NCBI GenBank assembly: GCA_050115475.1
Contig: JASFQL010000009.1
Location: 20,613-84,612 of the forward strand
DNA from: Anaerolineales bacterium
GTDB lineage: Bacteria; Chloroflexota; Anaerolineae; Anaerolineales; UBA11579
Reading direction: 5' to 3'
Length of the DNA stretch: 64,000 bases
Shown here: piece after piece, positions 10,170 through 20,379 of the stretch
Layout: each line of letters opens with the position of its first letter
How positions within the stretch are numbered: the stretch's first letter is position 1
Position numbers and translations under genes: made by a program
Notes under the pieces: generated by a model
Told to the model about the DNA's origin: nothing
The model's database searches: none
Seen by the model: only the letters and a program-made list of their open reading frames with translations

Positions 10170-10418
10170 TTATGGGAATGGGGGATGCACCCACCCATCT
10201 GGGTGCCCGTTTTCTTCCACCTTTTCTTCGTTTGAGGTCTCCAGCTGCGGCTGGGTTTTATGATTGAAGCGGAAGGGGTTCAACCACTTCAAAGGAATAC
10301 GCCAGTTGGTTTCCTTCTCTGGCATTGCCCCATCGCTACCGACAATTTCAATCTTGATCTTCATCATACCGGCGACCTCCGACAATACAATTGTATCAGA
10401 ACATTTGTTCTTAGTCAA
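10170..10418 (-). CDS. Small hypothetical protein (65-82 aa)
   Basis: ORF with good Shine-Dalgarno sequences (AGGTGA 5 nt before the ATG; GGAGG 8 nt before an internal ATG) in an otherwise gene-free 490-bp gap. No motif recognised. Confidence 0.3.
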   Translation of the reverse strand: MTKNKCSDTIVLSEVAGMMKIKIEIVGSDGAMPEKETNWRIPLKWLNPFRFNHKTQPQLETSNEEKVEENGHPDGWVHPPFP

Positions 10419-10458
10419 GGAAATATCACCTCACGGAGATAATAATCAAGACAAGTAC

Positions 10459-10956
10459 CTACAAAGTCAAAATCTTATGGATGTCATCCAAATGCCCATC
10501 CAGGTGATGGCACTGCATATCCACCACCCACCCAACACTCACCTCTTGTTCCTCTCCATTCGGCCAGCGGACATGTAGACACTTCCCCCATGCCTCCGGT
10601 ATACATTCCAATAATTGGACGATGTGATGACGACCAGCGCGATACAACGCCAGCGATGCATCTATTTCGCGCTCTCCATAAGCCCATAGTTTGACCCACT
10701 CATCTTGCAGGAACTGCCCATACCACTCTAAGGAAAAAATACTCCCGGGATTGCCGATGGCTTGTTTTAAGAAAATCCGCCAAATTTCATCACCATCTGC
10801 GAGGTGATGCACAATCTGCCGGATTGACCAGCTATCGCCACTCAGAGAAGCATTGAGATCATTTTCCGATAAGCCAGCCACAGCTGCCTCTAACCGGCGG
10901 GGGTCATCAGTATATTTCGTGATAATCTCTTTACTATCGTTCAAAGACTCACTCAT
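10459..10956 (-). CDS. DinB/YfiT-like (DinB_2) metal-dependent protein
   Basis: Motif IVHHLADGDEIW and overall four-helix DinB-like pattern. Size 165 aa. Confidence 0.55.
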   Translation of the reverse strand: MSESLNDSKEIITKYTDDPRRLEAAVAGLSENDLNASLSGDSWSIRQIVHHLADGDEIWRIFLKQAIGNPGSIFSLEWYGQFLQDEWVKLWAYGEREIDASLALYRAGRHHIVQLLECIPEAWGKCLHVRWPNGEEQEVSVGWVVDMQCHHLDGHLDDIHKILTL

Positions 10957-11117
10957 TTTTCCTCCTTCACTTCAGTTAGTATTCAATACCCTCACTCATA
11001 GAAAATCTATCTAATACCTTATTCTCCCTCGTAATACTAATAATTACATTAAGAACCATCAATTATCTACATATTGTCCCACTCTTAGAATGCGATTTTA
11101 GCATCCGGACTTATTAT

Positions 11118-11603
11118 TCAGCCAGTAGAAACGAGATGACGTACGCGTGTATACGACCCATCTACGACCGCATCCCGTACAATGCTTGGTCGAAGGTCGA
11201 CTTCACCTAAACCATCAAGCGGCAGCCAATGGTATTCCAAAGCAGGATTGGTCGAACGCAGGTCTTCAAGATCAAGAGTGACCTCGAAGTAATGCCCCAG
11301 GCCGTGCCGGATCTCTCCCTCATAGTGAAAGAAGTTTTCTACGACGAAAAGATACTCGGCCTGGAGGACCTCAGTTCCTATCTCTTCACGTATTTCCCGC
11401 CGGATACAATCCAGCATGGTCTCACCAACCTGAAGGCCACCTCCTAAGAAGTAGTAGAACGGATTCTCGATCTCTATATTCTTTTCTAATAGAATACACT
11501 CTCGATCTTTATTGAAGATAATCGCCCGTACGCCGGTGCGAATACTCCCCCCAGCCGCTAACCATTCGAAATATTCATTATCGTCACCCATAGAGTACTC
11601 CAT
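11118..11603 (-). CDS. NUDIX hydrolase
   Basis: Nudix box GGGLQVGETMLDCIRREIREEIG (G-x5-E-x7-REUxEExGU). Confidence 0.75.
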   Translation of the reverse strand: MEYSMGDDNEYFEWLAAGGSIRTGVRAIIFNKDRECILLEKNIEIENPFYYFLGGGLQVGETMLDCIRREIREEIGTEVLQAEYLFVVENFFHYEGEIRHGLGHYFEVTLDLEDLRSTNPALEYHWLPLDGLGEVDLRPSIVRDAVVDGSYTRVRHLVSTG

Positions 11604-11736
11604 AATTTATTATCACCGAAACGAAAGAAATCCGCCATACAATCTCACGAAAAGAGGCTGCCTTTTCAGACAGCCTCTTCATCATAGTCCTGTTAGATTT
11701 CAGATAAACTCGATGGAACTGATTTATATTTTTTCC

Positions 11737-12792
11737 CTATTCTTCCTTCTTTTGTTTATCAGCCTTCTTTGATTTACGCCAGCGGACAAGGGCCACAACA
11801 CCCCAGATAATGAGGCCGAAGAAGACCAACCACGGAAGGGTGGAGATACCGAAGAAGATCAGGAAGTCCACGAAGTCTTGGCCGCTATCAATCAAGCGTT
11901 CAATCGCATAGCGAACAGTCTCCGAAGGGTTCCATTTCGTATCGATGGGCTCATAGAGGATATTGGGTTCCAGTGTGACGCTGATGCGGGAGAGTTTGGC
12001 CGATTCACTCAAGAAACTGCGCCGTGCTTTCAACGCCTCGATTTCCGATTCCCTGATCGTCAATTGGGCTTCTGCCTGCAGAAGGTCTTCGGTGGTGTCG
12101 GCTTCTTCCATGATGGTCAATAAACGATCACGGGCAGATTCCAGGGATTCGATCCGGCTAGTGACGTCCACGTATTCTTCAGTTACGTCCTCTGACCATT
12201 CATTCGCATAGGTCACCTCAACAGCCATATCGGCGATTTTATCCATTACTATGTCGAACTCTTCGACAGGTACGCGGATGACCATCGAAATGTTGGGTGA
12301 AAGATCTTCCCCACGGCTGTTTTCTGTGCTGCTGACGACGAAAGCTCCCTTGTCCATCATGGTAACAATCAAGCTTTCGATATTGTCTCGGGCCTGGCGT
12401 GTATCCTCTACCTGCACCTGGATGTTACCCTCGCGGACAATCAGGCGTTCAGCGGGAATTACTACGGACGTTGACGCAGAAGCATTATCCATATCGACGG
12501 CGAGAAGTGAAGGCGCAGGCGCGTATGCCTTGTCTTCAGCAACCCCGTATTCCTCAACCCACTCGCCGTCATCATAGTAGTTTCCCCCGCCATAACCGAT
12601 ATCTGGCGCGGCCATGGAATATTCAGATCTCATTGACAACGGTGAAATGAAAACTATCAACAAGAATCCGACGATGCAGAGGGCAGGCACGCCAATAACG
12701 ACGCCCCAAAACACCGGCTTCTTTACCTTCCAACGATTGAAAAGATTGATTTCAGACATGATTTTCTCCATTCCTTTCTTTAGACGATTCAA
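11737..12792 (-). CDS. Membrane-anchored DUF4349-like protein
   Basis: N-terminal TM helix, central acidic/coiled-coil region and C-terminal TM helix. Motif recall only. Confidence 0.45.
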   Translation of the reverse strand: MNRLKKGMEKIMSEINLFNRWKVKKPVFWGVVIGVPALCIVGFLLIVFISPLSMRSEYSMAAPDIGYGGGNYYDDGEWVEEYGVAEDKAYAPAPSLLAVDMDNASASTSVVIPAERLIVREGNIQVQVEDTRQARDNIESLIVTMMDKGAFVVSSTENSRGEDLSPNISMVIRVPVEEFDIVMDKIADMAVEVTYANEWSEDVTEEYVDVTSRIESLESARDRLLTIMEEADTTEDLLQAEAQLTIRESEIEALKARRSFLSESAKLSRISVTLEPNILYEPIDTKWNPSETVRYAIERLIDSGQDFVDFLIFFGISTLPWLVFFGLIIWGVVALVRWRKSKKADKQKKEE

Positions 12793-12971
12793 TTGAGTAT
12801 ATCGGATTTCAAGATGGGATGCAACGAGTGCGGCAGTGTAATCCTAGCAGACGTTCCAACCTCTCTTTCAATCCATATCTGGTGATATAACGACGCAAAG
12901 ACGAAAAATGTTCCCACTAACGAACATCAGATGAAGGGAATATAGGTTTATCAGTTTTCTTTTATCTTGGA

Positions 12972-13364
12972 TCAACGCCTAAGGAAGCGGTTATCATAGC
13001 GGGGTTTTAATGGACCGGTGTCTGTGAGACTACGATCTAAAGCCCAATGTCCAATATCAGAAACGGGCTGGTAAAGATTTGGTCGTAAGGCTGAAAGGAT
13101 ATCTACGGCAAAGTCGCGGCGCCAATCGTTTGGCGCATTTATCGAGATGTAAATCATATAATACAGATGGGGAAGATGGGCGCGGTCTTCCCAATTCTTA
13201 ATCGTCTGGTAGGAAACACCTTCCCCCAAATCAGCAAGGATTTGATTGAGGGCAACAGCAAAATCACGAAGGGAAAGTGGATGACCGTTTTCTCCCAGAA
13301 TTTGCCGGTAAGCGTAAACGATGTCGGCAACAGCTCGTCTGATCGGCAGTGTGTGATCAATCAT
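12972..13364 (-). CDS. Hypothetical protein (possible HTH-containing)
   Basis: 130-aa ORF. Weak HTH-like segment VSYQTIKNWE. Confidence 0.35.
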   Translation of the reverse strand: MIDHTLPIRRAVADIVYAYRQILGENGHPLSLRDFAVALNQILADLGEGVSYQTIKNWEDRAHLPHLYYMIYISINAPNDWRRDFAVDILSALRPNLYQPVSDIGHWALDRSLTDTGPLKPRYDNRFLRR

Positions 13365-13520
13365 CAGTCTATTTATTTCATCAGAACGTTTGTTCTATTA
13401 TACATTGGTTTTTATCCCTTGGCAAGAGTTTCGATTGAAAATCGAAAGGCAAATATGAAGTGAATGACCCCTTATTATTTCACCACAAAGTCACATGGGA
13501 AAGAAGTCATTCAGTTGAAT

Positions 13521-13600
13521 AGTGGTCATTAATCAGGGATCAGGTAATCAGGGACTAGTAATCAGGTAATTAGGTGATTCGGTAACTACGTTACTATCCT
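13521..13600. repeat. Short direct repeats (GTAATCAGG variants) plus a GAATACGCAATAC motif at 13667-13690, flanking the tandem array
   Basis: taatcagggatcaggtaatcagggactagtaatcaggtaattagg read directly. The motifs are shared with the dispersed repeat family further right. Confidence 0.5.
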
Positions 13601-13687
13601 TTTTACATATCCGTGATTTCTATATTTAATTACGCTATTGAAAAGGAAACGAAAAAATACCAGTGACACGAAATACGGAATACGCAA

Positions 13688-14835
13688 TACTCTTTCCCCA
13701 ATTCTCTACTTAAATTTTTGGATTATTTGCCCGCAAACTGGTTTGATATTTAAAAGTAAGTCACCCATCAGGAGGAGGGCTAATGCTTCGCATTCGCTTG
13801 GGAGAATGGGGAAAAAGGCAGTTTGAAAATTAATTGTATTTTTTCCGAAGCTCTTCAATAGATGCTATCTTCTCCCATTCTCCACTTAATAATAATGGTA
13901 TTCGCCTAATGGGATTCTTTGCGGTTAAAAGTAAGTCGCCCATCAGGAGGAGGGCTAATGCTTCGCATTCGCTTGGGAGAATGGGGAAAAAGGCAGTTTG
14001 AAAATTAATTGTATTTTTTCCGAAGCTCTTCAATAGATGCTATCTTCTCCCATTCTCCACTTAATAATAATGGTATTCGCCTGATGGGATTCTTTGCGGT
14101 TAAAAGTAAGTCGCCCATCAGGAGGAGGGCTAATGCTTCGCATTCGCTTGGGAGAATGGGGAAAAAGGCAGTTTGAAAATTAATTGTATTTTTTCCGAAG
14201 ATCTTCAATAGATGCTATCTTCTCCCATTCTCCACTTAATAATAATGGTATTCGCCTGATGGGATTCTTTGCGATTAAAAGTAAGTCGCCCATCAGGAGG
14301 AGGGCTATTGCTTCGCATTCGCTTGGGAGAATGGGGAAAAAAGCAGTTTGAAAATTAATTGTATTTTTTCCGAAGCTCTTCAATAGATGCTATCTTCTCC
14401 AATTCTCCACTTAATAATAATGGTATTCGCCTGATGGGATTCTTTGCGGTTAAAAGTAAGTCGCCCATCAGGAGGAGGGCTATTGCTTCGCATTCGCTTG
14501 GGAGAATGGGGAAAAAGGTAATTTGGAAATCGGTTGTTTTTTTATGAAGCTCTTCAATAGATAGTATTTTTCCCCATTCTCCACTTAATATTTGGATTAT
14601 TTGCCCGCAAACTGGTTTGATTTTTAAAAGTAAGTCACCCATTAGGAGGAGGGCTAATGCTTCGCATTCGCTTGGGAGAATGGGGAAAAAAGCAGTTTGA
14701 AAATTAATTGTATTTTTTCCGAAGCTCTTCAATAGATGCTATCTTCTCCAATTCTCTACTTAAATATTTGGATTATTTGCCCGCAAACTGGTTTGATTTT
14801 TAAAAGCAAGTCGCCCATCAGGAGGAGGGCTGACG
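13688..14835. repeat. Tandem array of about 6.5 copies of a highly structured 175-bp unit (two unit variants). Each unit carries SD + ATG/TTG + 16-codon micro-ORF (MLRIRLGEWGKRQFEN).
   Basis: Period of exactly 175 bp (SD-ATG at 13783, 13958, 14133, 14308, 14483, 14657). Units are over 90% identical. Internal inverted repeats CCTGATGGG/CCCATCAGG, GGAGAATGGG/CCCATTCTCC and GCTTCG/CGAAGC. The overlapping 67-aa minus-strand ORFs are frame-shifted artefacts of the repeat. Confidence 0.9.
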
Positions 14836-15006
14836 GGCGACTCAGCACAAGGAGGAGATGTGCACTACGGAGTTGTCATTTGGATGACTCAGCGATGCAA
14901 CATCTTACACATATTATACTGATAATTAAGAGAAAGATTGTTAGAAAATTGTAAGAATCCCATGAAGATATCTATTTTTCTAGTCATGAAAGAGAGTAAG
15001 AAACAG

Positions 15007-15522
15007 TTATCCACTCTTACCTAAATCGCTGGTTTCGCGATAATCAACATGAAGTTCGTCACAAAATCGTTTAACTTTTTCTTCAGGTATCTGTTTGGAG
15101 ATAAACATGGGATCATCGAAGAAAGCATCGTGCCATTCCAAGAGGACCTGGTCTTGTTTATAGACATGCAGGTGGATGGCCACCTCAGGTGAAGCCCGAT
15201 TTTCTGTTAATTTAGACAAGGTTTCAATATGCGCAGGCGTCATGCGTATGTGGAAGATATTCGGCCGGGGCCAGATGGTCCCTACTGCGACCTTCACCGG
15301 ATTTTCAATGGTATGCTGTTCCAGGAAAGCTGATAGCTCTTTGTCCGGGTACCCCCCTTCTAAATACAGAATCACCTCTTGAGAAAAGATGAACTCCAGG
15401 GCACGCAGAAATATGGGAAAATCTTGAATGGGAGACACCTTCCAAGCAGGAGGATGTAAAGAGATTCCATCAGGATTCAACACCCATTCCAGCCCTAATA
15501 ATTTAAGCAGCCATGGCTTCAT
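15007..15522 (-). CDS. Hypothetical protein
   Basis: 171-aa ORF, no motif recognised. Stop/start junction with the M50 protease gene. Confidence 0.4.
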   Translation of the reverse strand: MKPWLLKLLGLEWVLNPDGISLHPPAWKVSPIQDFPIFLRALEFIFSQEVILYLEGGYPDKELSAFLEQHTIENPVKVAVGTIWPRPNIFHIRMTPAHIETLSKLTENRASPEVAIHLHVYKQDQVLLEWHDAFFDDPMFISKQIPEEKVKRFCDELHVDYRETSDLGKSG

Positions 15523-16286
15523 CAGAACAGTGTACGACTTCGCCCTTGAACGGTTAAATAACTTTGACCCGCTAAAATGGCAAACAAAAGCGCCATATAC
15601 ATACTATTTAGTAGAAATAGTCCGACGATTGATGCGAGTGCGCCAAATATCACAGAAAGCCAGAGGGAATTTCTCACGCCATCCCATGGATCAGCTTTCA
15701 AGAAAAGGTGACGGGCGACATTCCCACCGTCCAAGGGATAGACCGGAAGCAGGTTGATAATCCCCCAGAAAATACTCACCCAAAGGAAAGTACTCACAAA
15801 GGAATATACAAGGGAATATCCGCCGGGGAGAATCACCACGGGCATGGGGATAAAACCAAAAACCCAATTTATCCAGACCGCACCACCCGTAGCAAAGACC
15901 ACAATACTAATGACCACCGCCGAAAAAAAGCCTGCAAAAGGTCCCGCCAGCGAGACCAGGATTTCTTGGTTCGAAGTAAAGGATTCGCTGATTGTAGTCC
16001 CTCCCCATCGTGAAGGTATGGGGATCGTCAAACCACCAAAATGATATAGGAGAATATACGAAGGCTGCCCATACATCCACATGACAAGGGCATGTCCCAG
16101 TTCATGAATGAGAATGGCAATAAAGATAACCAAAATCCATACTAATAAAACTAGAATATCGGGAGAGTTGAGTCCGAAGAGGAGGGCCATGAGCCAAAAT
16201 AAGGGGTGGACTTGCACAGGGATCTTTCCGAGATTGAAAACGAGATCGTAGCGTGTTTGAGGTGGGGGTTGGAAAAATGTCATCAA
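15522..16286 (-). CDS. Site-2 protease family (peptidase M50-like) intramembrane zinc metalloprotease
   Basis: HExxH inside a TM helix (ILIHELGHALVMWMYG). Multi-TM. Confidence 0.65.
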   Translation of the reverse strand: MMTFFQPPPQTRYDLVFNLGKIPVQVHPLFWLMALLFGLNSPDILVLLVWILVIFIAILIHELGHALVMWMYGQPSYILLYHFGGLTIPIPSRWGGTTISESFTSNQEILVSLAGPFAGFFSAVVISIVVFATGGAVWINWVFGFIPMPVVILPGGYSLVYSFVSTFLWVSIFWGIINLLPVYPLDGGNVARHLFLKADPWDGVRNSLWLSVIFGALASIVGLFLLNSMYMALLFAILAGQSYLTVQGRSRTLF

Positions 16287-16453
16287 TTATCCTTTAGGGG
16301 TGGTTATTGCACCTAATAATAACCATTTGCGTGGGATTTTTCGAATAAATCAATCCATTGGTGATATTACCACACCAACAAATATCCATATGAAAATTGG
16401 TATGAAAAAAGACGCAGTTCGCTGCGTCTTTTCATATAAGCAGATTGATTTAT

Positions 16454-17611
16454 TTACAAATACTCCCGCAACTGTCGGGCGCGCATGGGGTGGCGCAGGC
16501 GGCGGAGAGCTTTACCTTCGATCTGGCGGATACGTTCGCGAGTCAAGCCGAACTTCTCGCCAACCTCCTCCAGGGTGTATGAACGTCCATTCTCCAGGCC
16601 GAAGCGCAGCCGCAGAATACGGGCTTCACGCGGTGTGAGTGAAGCCAGCACTTCTTCAATCTTTTCGCTGAGCAGCTTTTGATAAGTGGTTTGGCTTGGG
16701 AGTGGGGTCGTTTCATCCTCCACGAACATCCCCAATTCCGAATCCTCATCGTCACCGATGGGGCTTTCCAGCGACAGTGGCAGCCAAGAGACCTGCAGCA
16801 TCCATTGCACCTTGCGGATGTCCATTTCCATTTCTTCTGAGAGTTCCTCGACCTTAGGCGGGCGACCGAGCTGCTGCTCCAAACGGCGAGCAGACTTATA
16901 CAGTTGGCGGATACGGTCGATCATATGGACGGGAACACGGATCGTACGGCCCTGGTCGGCAATGGAGCGTGTGATGGTCTGCCGGATCCACCAGGTAGCG
17001 TAGGTGGAAAAGCGGAAGCCCCGCCGGTAATCGTATTTCTTTACAGCTTTCATCAAACCGAGGTTACCTTCCTGGATCAAGTCGAGGAAGGGGACGCCCC
17101 TTCCGAGGTACTTCTTGGCGATACTGACGACCAGGCGCGTATTTGCCTGGATGAGGTGATCGCGGGCGGCGCGCCCATCATCAATTAGGGCCCGCAAAGC
17201 TTCTTTTTCTTCAACCGGTGTAGTGCCGTTTAGTTTGGCGAGTTTCCTCTCGGCTTTCCTGGCTTTCTCGATCCTTTGCGCCAGGGATACTTCCTCTTCA
17301 TTGTTCAACAGCGGGACTCGAGACATCTCTTTGAGATATAAACCCACGGCGTCAATCGCCTCTCCGCGGAGAGGATCGAGTTGTGGAATGATTTCTTTAA
17401 TTTTCGGGGCAGTCCCATTCCCGTTGGATTTTTCTTTCTTCAGCTCTTCTTCGTCCGGCTCCTCCTCCATTATCTCCATATAGTGAAGGCGCAGACGTTC
17501 CATGGCGTTATCTCCCTTAGGGAAAAGTTCCACCAGGCTGTCGAGTTTCTCCTCATCGAAGAGGAGAGCGACGGTATCGGGATCTGAAATTTTACTTGAT
17601 GGGTAAGCCAT
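16454..17611 (-). CDS. rpoD: RNA polymerase primary sigma factor (sigma-70)
   Basis: Regions 2-4 are present: [31 protein letters not shown] and [30 protein letters not shown]. Acidic N-terminal region 1. Confidence 0.9.
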   Translation of the reverse strand: MAYPSSKISDPDTVALLFDEEKLDSLVELFPKGDNAMERLRLHYMEIMEEEPDEEELKKEKSNGNGTAPKIKEIIPQLDPLRGEAIDAVGLYLKEMSRVPLLNNEEEVSLAQRIEKARKAERKLAKLNGTTPVEEKEALRALIDDGRAARDHLIQANTRLVVSIAKKYLGRGVPFLDLIQEGNLGLMKAVKKYDYRRGFRFSTYATWWIRQTITRSIADQGRTIRVPVHMIDRIRQLYKSARRLEQQLGRPPKVEELSEEMEMDIRKVQWMLQVSWLPLSLESPIGDDEDSELGMFVEDETTPLPSQTTYQKLLSEKIEEVLASLTPREARILRLRFGLENGRSYTLEEVGEKFGLTRERIRQIEGKALRRLRHPMRARQLREYL

Positions 17612-17643
17612 ACTCTTCTCCTTTTCACACGTTCAAAGTGTGG

Positions 17644-18162
17644 CTATTCTTCCTCATCCAATAAATCCTTTAGTATCGATAATCGTGGGTCGATATCCTC
17701 TGGCTTGCAATCGCATTGGGTGTGATTGCGGTTAACCCCACATTCTGGACAGAGACCTGCGCAATCTTCTTTACACAAGGGATTACGGGGCATGTCCAAG
17801 AGCAGGTATTCACGGATGATGGGTGCGAAATCAATATTGCCATCTTCTGGTATGATTAACTCCACATCGCTTTCTAATATTTCACCGAAGGAAAATAATT
17901 CGGTAAAATTGGACGTGATAGAGGTAAGGATCGGATCGAGACAACGGGCGCATTCCAAAGGGAAGGTTGCAGTGACGGTTGCTTCAGTAAGGATACCTTT
18001 TTGCGTGCGGCTGAATGTGATTCTGCCTTTGAAATCCTTGACCGAAAGGTCTTCCGAAAACTCAAGGTGAGGGAAGTCAAACTCGAAATCCCTGGTATAT
18101 CCCAGGTCTTCGTGGATGATAAATCCAACATTGAGCCGGAGTGGGTTTTGACGTTTGTTCAC
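17644..18162 (-). CDS. yceD: YceD/DUF177 family protein (large-ribosomal-subunit accumulation protein)
   Basis: 172 aa, C-terminal CxxC...CxxC pattern (CAGLCPECG...CDC). Typical position near housekeeping genes. Confidence 0.65.
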   Translation of the reverse strand: MNKRQNPLRLNVGFIIHEDLGYTRDFEFDFPHLEFSEDLSVKDFKGRITFSRTQKGILTEATVTATFPLECARCLDPILTSITSNFTELFSFGEILESDVELIIPEDGNIDFAPIIREYLLLDMPRNPLCKEDCAGLCPECGVNRNHTQCDCKPEDIDPRLSILKDLLDEEE

Positions 18163-18411
18163 AATCGATCAAACCCGGATTTTCGCATTTTGATCTCGCC
18201 TCGATATCAAATTATGCAAAAGTTTTTATTAAATATGGAGATATTATAACAAAAATTGCAAAACAGGTCAATCATATATTGGAATAATTTGACATAATAT
18301 ATATTCCTTATTCTTATCTATTCACCATATATATGGGTAAGTAATTTATATGACCCCCGTATATACGGCCAGGGGCTATGCGGATAGTACTTAAGTGCGA
18401 GTGAGGTACAA

Positions 18412-19038
18412 ATGCAAACTCAATTGCAAAAAGTTTTGTTAATTGCAACAAATAATCCAGGAAAGGGGAAAGAACTACGCCAATTACTGGCGGAACTTCC
18501 CCAAATCGAACTAGTTAACCCGAAAGAAATGGACATTATTCTCCAGATCAAGGAGACCGGGACCACCTATCGAGCCAATGCAGCGCTTAAAGCCCAAGCA
18601 TATGTGCAGGCGAGTGGACTGGTTACCCTAGCCGATGACAGCGGTTTGGAGGTGGATGCCCTGGATGGCGCCCCCGGCCTACACTCCGCCCGCTATTCAG
18701 ATAAGCCCGATGCAACAGATGGCGACCGCAGGGCCTTGTTATTGCAAAATCTGAAGGAACTCCCCCACCCCTGGACAGCCCGTTTCCAATCGGTCGTTGC
18801 CATAGCTGTGCCTGGTGAGGAGATCTATTTTACCGAGGGCGTTTGCAGTGGGGTGATCATCCCAACAGAGCATGGGGAGAATGGTTTTGGCTACGATCCC
18901 ATCTTCTACATGCCCGAGTTGGAACGCACGATGGCGGAGTTGAGTGACGAGTGGAAGAACAAAATCAGCCACAGAGGAAAGGCTGTGAGGGCGGCCTTGC
19001 CGGCAATACAGGAAGTGTTTGGATTGGATACCCCGTAA
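18412..19038 (+). CDS. rdgB: Non-canonical purine NTP pyrophosphatase (dITP/XTP pyrophosphatase, Ham1/RdgB)
   Basis: N-terminal ATNNPGKGKEL motif and FGYDPIF. Length 208 aa. Confidence 0.85.
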   Translation: MQTQLQKVLLIATNNPGKGKELRQLLAELPQIELVNPKEMDIILQIKETGTTYRANAALKAQAYVQASGLVTLADDSGLEVDALDGAPGLHSARYSDKPDATDGDRRALLLQNLKELPHPWTARFQSVVAIAVPGEEIYFTEGVCSGVIIPTEHGENGFGYDPIFYMPELERTMAELSDEWKNKISHRGKAVRAALPAIQEVFGLDTP

Positions 19039-19218
19039 GGTAGGGCAACCCTATCCTTACTACAGCTTGAACAGCACTTCCAAAGCCATAGAAGGAATTC
19101 TCACTATTCACTCATATAAATCCCTTGACAATCCTCCAGACTCAATATATACTTAAGGAAAGTTCTTTATAATGGAAAGTTCTTTCCGCCTATACAAACA
19201 AATAATCTGGAGGTTGTT

Positions 19219-19848
19219 GTGTCAAAAAATAATACACTCAAAGCCGCAGATCGCAAAATCTTCGCCACTTACTTCGAAGACGGGCTGATAGACTTTGGTC
19301 TTGTGGCCTTTGTCCTCATGTTCGTCGCTGCGCCGTTCCTCTCCGTCCCGCTGGGCGATTTTTGGGCCTCGGCGGTCTTCATCCCCTTCTGGGGTCTAGT
19401 CTACCTCATCCTGCGTTCCATCCGGAACCGAGTGGTCAAACCCCGGATGGGCAGCGTGGAATGGGGCGCGGCTCGAAAGAAAAGGCTGCGTATAGGAAGC
19501 ACTGTCCTGCTCATCATTAACGTCATATTCCTGGTCTTGGGGTTTGTGACGATGTTCATGCCGATCGGGTCCGGTATGGTTGTTTCGATCCGGTTTTCTG
19601 TCATGATGCTGATCCTTTTCAGCGCAGCAGGTTATATCATGGATTTCCCTATTCTATACGTATACGGCGTATTACTTGCCCTGGCCATACCGGTCGGAGA
19701 GTGGTTGTACCAGAACCACGGCTTCTCCCACCACGGCTATCCGATCGCCTTCGGGTTGATGGCCGTTATCATGTTCGCTCGAGGGTTATACAAGTTCATC
19801 ACATTCATAAAGGACACGCCTCATCCTGCCGAAGAACAGATGGGATGA
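19219..19848 (+). CDS. Integral membrane protein, unknown function
   Basis: Four to five TM segments. Immediately precedes (13-nt gap) the small wHTH regulator. Confidence 0.5.
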   Translation: MSKNNTLKAADRKIFATYFEDGLIDFGLVAFVLMFVAAPFLSVPLGDFWASAVFIPFWGLVYLILRSIRNRVVKPRMGSVEWGAARKKRLRIGSTVLLIINVIFLVLGFVTMFMPIGSGMVVSIRFSVMMLILFSAAGYIMDFPILYVYGVLLALAIPVGEWLYQNHGFSHHGYPIAFGLMAVIMFARGLYKFITFIKDTPHPAEEQMG

Positions 19849-19860
19849 CGGGAGCCGCTC

Positions 19861-20190
19861 ATGGATAAAGAACTCAAAGAAGACCAGGCGATCAAACAGC
19901 TCGAGGAGATCGACCCCCTGATCCACTCCCCGGCCCGCCTGAAGGTCATGACCTATTTGTACGTGGTCGAAAAGATCGACTTCGTCTACCTGCAGCGTGT
20001 CACCGCCCTCACCTGGGGCAACCTCTCTAAACACGTCACCAAGCTGGAAGAAGCCGGTTACCTCGAGACGGAAAAGGCCTTCGAGAACAAGAAACCGAAA
20101 ACGACCCTGTGGCTCACCACTCAAGGCCGGGAGGCATTTCAGAAATATAAAGATAATCTACAGGAGATTTTCGATCAACTAGAGGATTAA
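19861..20190 (+). CDS. Small winged-helix transcriptional regulator
   Basis: LIHSPARLKVMTYL...GNLSKHVTKLEEAGYL is a typical wHTH recognition helix/wing (PadR/ArsR-like small regulators). Confidence 0.6.
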   Translation: MDKELKEDQAIKQLEEIDPLIHSPARLKVMTYLYVVEKIDFVYLQRVTALTWGNLSKHVTKLEEAGYLETEKAFENKKPKTTLWLTTQGREAFQKYKDNLQEIFDQLED

Positions 20191-20324
20191 TCTCCAAATT
20201 ACATTGAACGCAATTGTTACTTTATTAAAGTTCATTATGCTACATATCTCAAGTAAATATCAAAATTGATGATCTTTTATAAAGCATATGGTTGAAGGAT
20301 TATTTTTCGGTTTTTCGCTAATCA

Positions 20325-20356
20325 ACACTTTGGGCGGCCAAGGCTGCCCAAAGTGT
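20325..20356. promoter_or_regulatory. Near-perfect 15-bp-arm palindrome ACACTTTGGGCGGCC-AA-GGCTGCCCAAAGTGT just upstream of the first CPBP gene
   Basis: Read from the sequence; one mismatch in the arms. Located 25 nt before the GTG start at 20380 and 135 nt after the regulator gene. Confidence 0.4.
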
Positions 20357-20379
20357 ATCTTTCATAATGGAGGAATGCA

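Noticed and set aside
13830-14732. Four overlapping 67-125-aa minus-strand ORFs with near-identical translations (MKSFGKNTINFQ...)
   Set aside because: They are produced by the 175-bp tandem repeat. 175 is not a multiple of 3, so each ORF is in a different frame and overlaps its neighbour by 29 nt. Starts are TTG without a convincing RBS. Treated as repeat artefacts, not genes.
13688-14835. CRISPR array
   Set aside because: The whole 175-bp unit is repeated nearly identically, with no short conserved repeat alternating with unique spacers. No cas genes nearby.
16485-17587. Several 65-112-aa ORFs antisense to rpoD (16485..16682, 16543..16755, 16686..17003, 16904..17188, 17223..17483, 17381..17587)
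   Set aside because: Embedded in the high-confidence sigma-70 gene. Low-complexity Ser/Gly-rich translations typical of antisense reading of an acidic coding region.
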